Shown here one piece after another: positions 57,555 to 64,000 of a stretch of DNA of 64,000 nt. Source of the stretch: an uncultured bacterium (GTDB lineage Bacteria > Krumholzibacteriota > Krumholzibacteriia > LZORAL124-64-63); NCBI GenBank assembly GCA_963732385.1, contig CAVSZB010000008.1, positions 403,012 to 467,011 of the forward strand. The letters run 5' to 3'. The notes under the pieces were generated by a model. The model did no database searches, was not told where the DNA came from, and was given only the letters and a program-made list of their open reading frames with translations. Each line of letters begins with the position of its first letter. Positions within the stretch are counted from its first letter, which is position 1. A program made the translations under genes and the position numbers.

Positions 57555-58795
57555 CGGAGCGCGCGCCGCGCGGACTGCGGCTGCATATCGGCCTGTTCGG
57601 TCGCCGCAACGTCGGCAAATCCAGCCTGCTCAATGCGCTGGCCGGGCAGGACGTGGCGATCGTCTCGCCGCAGGCCGGCACGACCACCGATCCTGTGGAG
57701 AAGCCGTTCGAACTGCTACCGCTCGGGCCGGTCGTTTTCATCGACACCGCCGGGCTCGATGACGAGGGAGCGCTGGGCGCGTTACGGCTGCAGCGGACGC
57801 GTCGCGTGCTCGACCGCACGGAGCTGGCGGTGATCGTGGCGGCGGAGGGGCGTTGGGAGGCGTTCGAGGAGGGATTGCTGACCGAGCTGGCGGCGCGCAG
57901 CGTGCCGGTCGTCGTCGCGTTCAACAAGGGGGACCTGGCCAGCCCGGAAGCCGGCGTCGTATCCGGTCTCGACGGGCGCGTCGTCGCCGTCGTCACCGTT
58001 TCGGCGACGACCGGCGCGGGACTTCCCGACCTGCGGCGGGCCCTGCTCGGAGCGGCGCCGCCCGACTGGCTCGACCGTCCGGCCATCGTGGCCGATCTCG
58101 TCGGACCGGGCGAACTGGCCGTGCTGGTCGTGCCGATCGACAAGGAGGCGCCGGCGGGGCGTCTGATCCTGCCGCAGGTGCAGGCGATCCGTGACCTGCT
58201 CGACGGCGACGCATTCTGCCTCGTGGTCAAGGAGCGCGAACTGCGCGAGGCGCTGGCGCGCCTGACCCGCCCCCCGAAGCTGGTCGTCACCGATTCGCAG
58301 GCGTTTCTCAAGGTGGCTGCCGACACCCCGCCCGGCGTGCCGCTGACCTCGTTCTCGATCCTCATGGCGCGTCACAAGGGAGACCTCGCGGCCGTGGCGC
58401 TCGGCAGTCTCGCCATCGACCGCCTGCGGCCGGGCGATCGCGTGCTGATCGCCGAGGCCTGCTCGCACCACGCCATCGCCGACGACATCGGCCGCGTGAA
58501 GATCCCGCGCTGGCTGACGCAGTACGTGGGGGGGGAACTGCAGTTCACCCATGCGCAGGGGCGGGACTTCCCGGAGGATCTCGCGACCTACGCGCTGGTG
58601 GTGCATTGCGGCTCGTGCATGCTCAACCGGCGGGAGATGTTGACGCGCCTGCTGCGCTGTCGCGAGGCCGGCGTGCCGGTGACGAACTACGGCGTGGCGA
58701 TCGCCCACACGCTCGGCATCGTGGAACGGGCGCTGGCGCCGTTCCCCGGCGTGCTCGAGGCGTGGCGGCGCGAAAAGGCGCGCGCCGCGGTCTAG
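57551..58795 (+). CDS. hydF: [FeFe]-hydrogenase maturation GTPase HydF
   Basis: GRRNVGKSS, GTTTD, DTAG, NKGD, ILPQ, EACSHH...HCGSC Fe-S motif. Confidence 0.95.
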   Translation: MTERAPRGLRLHIGLFGRRNVGKSSLLNALAGQDVAIVSPQAGTTTDPVEKPFELLPLGPVVFIDTAGLDDEGALGALRLQRTRRVLDRTELAVIVAAEGRWEAFEEGLLTELAARSVPVVVAFNKGDLASPEAGVVSGLDGRVVAVVTVSATTGAGLPDLRRALLGAAPPDWLDRPAIVADLVGPGELAVLVVPIDKEAPAGRLILPQVQAIRDLLDGDAFCLVVKERELREALARLTRPPKLVVTDSQAFLKVAADTPPGVPLTSFSILMARHKGDLAAVALGSLAIDRLRPGDRVLIAEACSHHAIADDIGRVKIPRWLTQYVGGELQFTHAQGRDFPEDLATYALVVHCGSCMLNRREMLTRLLRCREAGVPVTNYGVAIAHTLGIVERALAPFPGVLEAWRREKARAAV

Positions 58796-59895
58796 TCGGC
58801 GGCCCCGCGCGCGAGCTGACGAACCATCCACCACACGGTCAGGCCCGCGCCGACCAGCAGCAGGGCGAACAGGGCGATGTTCAGCGCCTGGGTCCGGACC
58901 GCCACTGCCGTCGCCGGCCCGTCCGTCGTCGCCAGCATGGCCGCGCGGACGTGGTCGCGCATCAATACCATCACGACCAGCGTCAGCAGGGCCACGGCGG
59001 TAACCGGGCGCAACGAGGCGTCCGGGCGCCCGCGCGCGCGCATCGCCAGCGCGATCAGGACGAGGGTCAGCAGCAGACCGGCGCCGAACAGCCCGGTGGC
59101 GTGGCCCGACCCGCCCATGAACCCGAGCATCACCGGCCGGGGCAGCGCGATCAGGAACCACATGCCGACCAGGAAGTTCGCCATGGTGACGGCGCCCAGC
59201 GCCGTCAGGCCGTGCGCTCGCATGAACGCGGTCGCGGCCGCGTCGCGACGACGCAGCGCTTCGCCCCACCAGGCGACCAGCAGCCCCGCCACGGCCGTCG
59301 CCCCGAGGACCATGTGCAGCCAGCGCGGCACGACCTGGGGGTCGCCGAAGTTGAGGCTGCCGCCCCCGGGCCGCGTGAAGTAGGCGGCGGCCCACGCCTG
59401 CGGCCGCAGCATCAGCGTGGCGTTGTTCGTGTAGATCAGCGCGACCGCCGCCAGCAGCAGCGCCACGACGGCCAGCAGCGCCGTGCGCAGGCGCCCGAGC
59501 CGCTCGCGCCGGAAGGACTCGAGATAGACGCCGTAGTACGCGAGGGTCACCAGCGGCACGATCGCCAGCCACGGCCAGCCCATCAGTACGCTCGAAGTGA
59601 AGAACCAGCGCCCGTACAGGGCCTGCAGGAACAGCAGCGGCGCCACGCCGAACGTGACCGTGCCGGCGACGAAGGTCGGCAGCAGGCGGCCGATTCGGGC
59701 GGCCAGCGTGGCGTGCAGGTCGTGCGGTGCCCGTGAGCGGAGCCGGCTCCAGAGCGCCAGCAGTGCTCCCCCCAGGAGTCCGTTCATGGCCAGCAGGTGC
59801 AGCAGGAAGGTCAGCAGCAGCAGGAACCGGAGCAGCGGTTCCGGAGCCGGCAGCGGCAGGGCGTCGGGGGAGGGGACGAAGGGCGATCCGTTCAT
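58792..59895 (-). CDS. Membrane subunit of a cytochrome bd-like oxidase (CydA'-like partner)
   Basis: Multiple TM helices; LHLLAMN, FGVAPLLFLQALYG, PRWLHM, MRDHVR; overlaps the upstream cydA-like gene by 4 bp. Confidence 0.6.
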   Translation of the reverse strand: MNGSPFVPSPDALPLPAPEPLLRFLLLLTFLLHLLAMNGLLGGALLALWSRLRSRAPHDLHATLAARIGRLLPTFVAGTVTFGVAPLLFLQALYGRWFFTSSVLMGWPWLAIVPLVTLAYYGVYLESFRRERLGRLRTALLAVVALLLAAVALIYTNNATLMLRPQAWAAAYFTRPGGGSLNFGDPQVVPRWLHMVLGATAVAGLLVAWWGEALRRRDAAATAFMRAHGLTALGAVTMANFLVGMWFLIALPRPVMLGFMGGSGHATGLFGAGLLLTLVLIALAMRARGRPDASLRPVTAVALLTLVVMVLMRDHVRAAMLATTDGPATAVAVRTQALNIALFALLLVGAGLTVWWMVRQLARGAAD

Positions 59896-61451
59896 GGCGC
59901 GGTACCTCCCGTGGCCGTGGCCGTCGCCGGAGCGGGTCGCGCGGCGATCTCACCCAGGAACTCCAGCAGCCGCGTTCGCTGACCGGCGTCGCTCCGGTAT
60001 GGCGGCATGGCGTCGGTCATCTCCTGCACCGTGTCGAGCAGTGCGTCCAGGTCGCCCGGAGTCTGCCCCTGCAGCGCAGCCTGCAGCGGTCGGTAGCCGG
60101 CCGCCGTGTGGCAGAGGCCGCAGGAGAGATCCCAGGCTCGGCGGCGCGCCTGCTCCGGCCGCTCCGGCCCGGCTGCCGCCGACGCCGAGGTGCGCAGGCT
60201 CTCAAGGTATAGCGCGAGCGCCTCCGTTTCGTCCTCGTTGCCGTGCCAGGCCGGCATCCGCCCGCGCAGGTGGTGCAGGCGCGGCAGCAGGTGGCGGATC
60301 GTGGCCCCGTCCCAGGCGGCCAGCCACGGTCGCAGGCCGTTGTAGCCGTTGTGCGTGTGGCAGGTCTGGCAGTGCTGTCCGTACAACTCCCGCCCGAGTG
60401 CCGCGCCCCCCGACGCGCGCGCGGTGGGGGAGACCCAGCGCGTGTGGGCGAGCACACCATCCGTCGCGAGCATCGGCTCGTCCGCCACCCGCAGCCCGGT
60501 CGAGTACAGGTAGCCGTTGATCACGAACGGCTTGCGCCCGGCTTCGCGCACCCACTCGCCGGCGGCGAAAACCAGCAGGCCGGCCGCGACGAGCAGCGTT
60601 GCGCCGCCCCCGTGCCAGCGCGACGGGAGCAGCAGCGGCCAGAGCGCCAGCACGCCCATGGCGGCCACACCGACGACCAGCCAGCGCGCCACCACCGGCA
60701 GGACCGGGATCGCGCCGAGCGCTGCCTCGCTCCAGCCGGGAAACGCGCCGCGGTACCAGAGTCCGGCCAGGCTGCCGGCCACCACGGCTGCCAGGACCCA
60801 GACGGCGTTGTAGCGCACGAGCCAGGCGCGCCCGGGAGAGCGGGGCGCCACCGTGGCCGTCACCAGCGTGAGCAGACCGGCCTGGCCGACCGCCAGCGCG
60901 GTTCGCACCACCAGCGAAGGCCAGAACGTCGGGTTGAAGAAGCCGTCTCCAAACTGCTGCGTTTCCAGCCAGCGGCCGGGAGTCAGCATGAAGCTGACTA
61001 TGCCGTTGATGACGAAGAGGCTGGCCCACGCGGCGCCGAAATATATCCACCCCACCGTCTCGTGCGTGCGTCGGTCGAGGCGCTCCCAGCCGTACCAGTA
61101 CACGAGCGCGGCAGCGATCTCGACCACGAAGAACGTCCACTCGATCGCCCAGCCCCACAGGAAGGCGTGGATCAGCGCGGACACGCTCGCGGGGGAGACG
61201 AGGGCGATCGTGAACCAGATGCCCACCCCGGTCACGGCGCCCAGTACCAGGGTCACCAGCAGGAAGAAGCGGCTGTGCTGCCTGACCGCGTCGCGCAGGG
61301 AAGGGTCGTTGCGACGGCGCGCGAGCCGCTCCGTCACCACGAGCCACAGGCCGCCGCCAACGGCGAAATGGGAGATGAACATGTGCAGGATCGCGATCGC
61401 GGCGATCAGCACGCCGCCACCCATCGGCAGTTCCCAGACGGGGTAGTTCAT
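59892..61451 (-). CDS. Cytochrome bd subunit I-like protein fused to two c-type heme domains
   Basis: LHMFISHF, GAVTGVG, WAIEW..FVVE, FMLTPG.W, FFNPT, EWVREAGRKPF; C-terminal CQTCH and CGLCH, each followed by MP. Confidence 0.8.
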   Translation of the reverse strand: MNYPVWELPMGGGVLIAAIAILHMFISHFAVGGGLWLVVTERLARRRNDPSLRDAVRQHSRFFLLVTLVLGAVTGVGIWFTIALVSPASVSALIHAFLWGWAIEWTFFVVEIAAALVYWYGWERLDRRTHETVGWIYFGAAWASLFVINGIVSFMLTPGRWLETQQFGDGFFNPTFWPSLVVRTALAVGQAGLLTLVTATVAPRSPGRAWLVRYNAVWVLAAVVAGSLAGLWYRGAFPGWSEAALGAIPVLPVVARWLVVGVAAMGVLALWPLLLPSRWHGGGATLLVAAGLLVFAAGEWVREAGRKPFVINGYLYSTGLRVADEPMLATDGVLAHTRWVSPTARASGGAALGRELYGQHCQTCHTHNGYNGLRPWLAAWDGATIRHLLPRLHHLRGRMPAWHGNEDETEALALYLESLRTSASAAAGPERPEQARRRAWDLSCGLCHTAAGYRPLQAALQGQTPGDLDALLDTVQEMTDAMPPYRSDAGQRTRLLEFLGEIAARPAPATATATGGTAP

Positions 61452-61528
61452 GGCCACCTCTCTTCAACGCACCCCGGCCGGCGCGCCCGGCTGCGGGCCT
61501 CAGGTTAGGCGATTCCCGCGTTCCTGTC

Positions 61529-62728
61529 TCACCCTGCCGCGGACGGGCGCGGGGCGCTGCGTCGGGAGAGTCCCCGCGCCAGCGTTCCCTGCGCAACCAT
61601 GGCGCCCGCCATTACCAGCGCCGCGACGACATAGGGCGCGGCCAGGCTGCCGGTCCAGCGCACCGTAGCCCCCCCGAGCAGCGGGACGGCGAAGTTGCCC
61701 GCGCCGACCAGCGACTCGTGGATGCCGGCGTTGCGCCCCTTGCCGCGCACGGTGTCGAGGCTGTAGAAGATGCTCGCGGCGTAGCAGACACCGAAGACGG
61801 CGCCCAGCAGCGGCGCTCCGACCAGCAGCAGGCTGTAGCCGCCGGCCAGCGGCAGCGCCGCCAGCGCCGCCGCGGCTGCCGCCTGCGGCAGCAGCAGGCG
61901 GCGGATCGACCAGGTGAAGCGCACCCGGCCCGCCAGCAGCGCGAACGCCACGGTCTGGCCCAGATAGACCGCCGCGAGAATGATGCCGAACCGCGTTTCG
62001 TGCCAGCCGACCGCGTCGAACCACTTCGGCAACTGGTAGCCGAGCACGCCGCCCGCCCCGTAGGCGGCGAAATTGGCCCACCAGCCCATGCGGCGGAAGG
62101 CCCGCCGGGTCGCCTCCGGAACATCCGCTCCGGACAGGGTCGCGTCGTCAGCCCCGTGCCCGGCCGGAGTCGGAGCGCTGACCCCCAGCAGCACCGCAAA
62201 CGCCAGCGCCACCAGCCCCGCCCCGGTCAGGAACGCGGCGCGGAAGCCGGTCGCGGCCAGGAGCAGACCGCCCGCGAGGTAGCCGGCGGTCTTGCCGGCG
62301 CTCCACGCGACGTTGAAGCGCCCGATCTCCCGCGCCAGCCCGCCCGGTCCCGCCAGGTCGCCCACCGCGGCCTGGATCGTCGGCCAGTAGAAGGCGTTGC
62401 CGACGCCGAGCAGCGGCATCGACAGCAGCAGCAGCGGCAGGCGCGTCACGCTGCTGGCGAGCAGAGCAAAGGCGGCGTAGGCGATGGTGCTCCACAGGAT
62501 CATGCCGAAGCGGCCGGACGTGTCACTCCACCGGCCGGCGAGCCGCGTGAGCACGATGTAGGTGAGCGAACTGATCGCCGACGCCAGCCCGAGCGCCACC
62601 GGCCCGCCGCCGAGCGCCAGCACGCGGTAAGGGATGGCCGCGAGCACCAGGAAGAAGCCGGCGTCCATCAGGAAGGCCGACACCATCATCCGGCGCAGCA
62701 GCGCGTTGTTGCCAAGGGAGAGGCTCAT
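61529..62728 (-). CDS. MFS transporter
   Basis: About 12 TM helices; GRWSDTSGR motif A. Confidence 0.85.
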   Translation of the reverse strand: MSLSLGNNALLRRMMVSAFLMDAGFFLVLAAIPYRVLALGGGPVALGLASAISSLTYIVLTRLAGRWSDTSGRFGMILWSTIAYAAFALLASSVTRLPLLLLSMPLLGVGNAFYWPTIQAAVGDLAGPGGLAREIGRFNVAWSAGKTAGYLAGGLLLAATGFRAAFLTGAGLVALAFAVLLGVSAPTPAGHGADDATLSGADVPEATRRAFRRMGWWANFAAYGAGGVLGYQLPKWFDAVGWHETRFGIILAAVYLGQTVAFALLAGRVRFTWSIRRLLLPQAAAAAALAALPLAGGYSLLLVGAPLLGAVFGVCYAASIFYSLDTVRGKGRNAGIHESLVGAGNFAVPLLGGATVRWTGSLAAPYVVAALVMAGAMVAQGTLARGLSRRSAPRPSAAG

Positions 62729-62863
62729 GGTCGCCCACGGTAGGTGGCGCCGGTGAGCGGTGTCAAGCCGCGCCGGAACGCGCCGGCCTGGACCGGCACG
62801 AGCAGCCGGCGGGCGGAATAAACGCCGAAGTCAGGGAGGCTGCGGCCCGCGCGCCCGTGATCT

Positions 62864-64000
62864 TCAGCGTAGAACCCACGAGACATCCGGTGCGTCCCCG
62901 AACACGTCGCGCCACAGATCCGCCCTGGCCGCGACGCGGGCTAGCTCCCCGTCAAGCGGCGCCGCCACGGCACAGCACAGGGAGATTCGCGCCCCGTCGG
63001 TCGAGCCGTCGATTTCCCGCACGAGTCCGCGGTGCGCGGAGTCGAGCGCGTCGGCCACCCTCAGGATGGCTGCCGCCGTGCGCACCGCCTGCCGCGCCGC
63101 GGCATCCAGTCCGGCGAAGACCTCGTGTACTTCGTCCGGCACCGCCCCGCGGTGGTAGCGCGCGATGGCGGCCACGATCGCCCGCTCCCGCGCGGCGAAG
63201 GGAAGGGCCGGCGATTCGAGCACGATCCGTTGCGCCGTCTTGTGGTGGCCGCGCGGTCCTTCGCACCAGCCGATGTCGTGCAGCAGCGACCCGATCTGCA
63301 GCCAGCGGCGCTCGTCCGTGCCCAGACCGTGCCGCGGCTGCAGGGTATCGAACAGGTCGAGCGCCAGGCGGGTCACCTGCAGCGTGTGCGCTTCGTCATG
63401 GCCGCACGCCCGCGCCAGGGCAAGCGCAGCGGCCACGCCCGCGTCGAGTTCCGGCGGGGGAGGCTGTGGCGTGCCCGGGGCGTTGTCGTCCTCCGGCAGC
63501 GCGTGTCGACGCAGCGCCTCCCGGGTGCGGTCGCTGTCGTACGCCAGGTGCTCGACGTGCAGTTCGACACCGTGCGCCGTGAAGTCGAGGATCGCGCAGC
63601 AGGCCCGGGGATCGTGACCGACGAGGCGGCCCAGGCTGCCGGCGTTGACGAACACGGTCCCGTCCGCCTCGCGCCGGCACGGTACGGGCGCGTGACCGCT
63701 CAGCACGAAGTCGGCCTCGGCGCGGCCCGCCCAGGCGCGCAGGCGCGCTTCGGACGTGGTTTTCGTGAGTGGCTCCTTCAGCGAACCAGGACTCGCGTGG
63801 ACGATCAGGATGCGGCACCCGGAGACCCGCAGGCGACGCTCCCGCGGCAGGGCGGCCAGCCACTTGCGGCTGGCGGGCGAGAGGCGCTCCCAGGTCCACT
63901 CCAGGGCCCGCAGTTGGGCGGGGTCCTTGCTCTCACGCCACTGGTCGCGCTTGCGCGGCACCTTGAGAACCTTGAGGTCGAGGTTTCCCGCCACCCCCCT
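62864..64000 (-). CDS. Metallophosphoesterase plus HD-domain (Ppx/GppA C-terminal-like) protein, 5' end outside the window
   Basis: GNLD, VHASP, SGHAP, NAGSLG phosphoesterase motifs; H..QV..LA..LFD, LLHDIG, HHK, ARYHR, LRVADALD. The frame is open to the window edge. Confidence 0.8.
   Translation of the reverse strand, partial: RGVAGNLDLKVLKVPRKRDQWRESKDPAQLRALEWTWERLSPASRKWLAALPRERRLRVSGCRILIVHASPGSLKEPLTKTTSEARLRAWAGRAEADFVLSGHAPVPCRREADGTVFVNAGSLGRLVGHDPRACCAILDFTAHGVELHVEHLAYDSDRTREALRRHALPEDDNAPGTPQPPPPELDAGVAAALALARACGHDEAHTLQVTRLALDLFDTLQPRHGLGTDERRWLQIGSLLHDIGWCEGPRGHHKTAQRIVLESPALPFAARERAIVAAIARYHRGAVPDEVHEVFAGLDAAARQAVRTAAAILRVADALDSAHRGLVREIDGSTDGARISLCCAVAAPLDGELARVAARADLWRDVFGDAPDVSWVLR

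Noticed and set aside
1..64000. tRNA, rRNA or selenocysteine/pyrrolysine recoding
   Set aside because: No cloverleaf or rRNA-like segments were seen by eye, and no conserved gene is interrupted by an in-frame TGA or TAG; a covariance search was not possible.

Overview
High-GC bacterial chromosomal segment. Secreted proteins ending in an NxPNPFN/FlgD-Ig domain, plus a 'TWxxLKxLYR' C-terminal remnant, suggest an FCB-superphylum lineage such as Latescibacterota/Krumholzibacteriota; this placement is an inference. Left to right the window holds: lemA (partial); a HEAT-repeat cyclophilin; asd-ecfT-like-truA-tal-htrA; a tandem pair of near-identical secreted lysyl-endopeptidase-like proteases (2552-bp period); a methyltransferase; a purine operon (purB, GNAT, purL-purQ fusion, PurS-like gene, purF) running into a radical SAM gene and rne/rng; GT2 and rhomboid; a fadL plus SGNH lipoprotein pair; and a cytochrome c maturation operon with a CxxxY-type CcmE. 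Next is a lower-GC accessory island (~37.7-44.4 kb) with an AAA+ ATPase, an ISCR/IS91 remnant with an oriIS-like end, an 8 x 162-bp repeat protein with hypervariable positions and a clostripain-like peptidase. The right part is a redox block: fpr divergent from sod-rrf2-sufCBD-Rieske-sufSUT-hydE-hydG-aspA-hydF, converging on a cytochrome-c-fused cytochrome bd-like oxidase, followed by an MFS transporter and a partial phosphoesterase-HD gene. No rRNA, tRNA or CRISPR array was seen.
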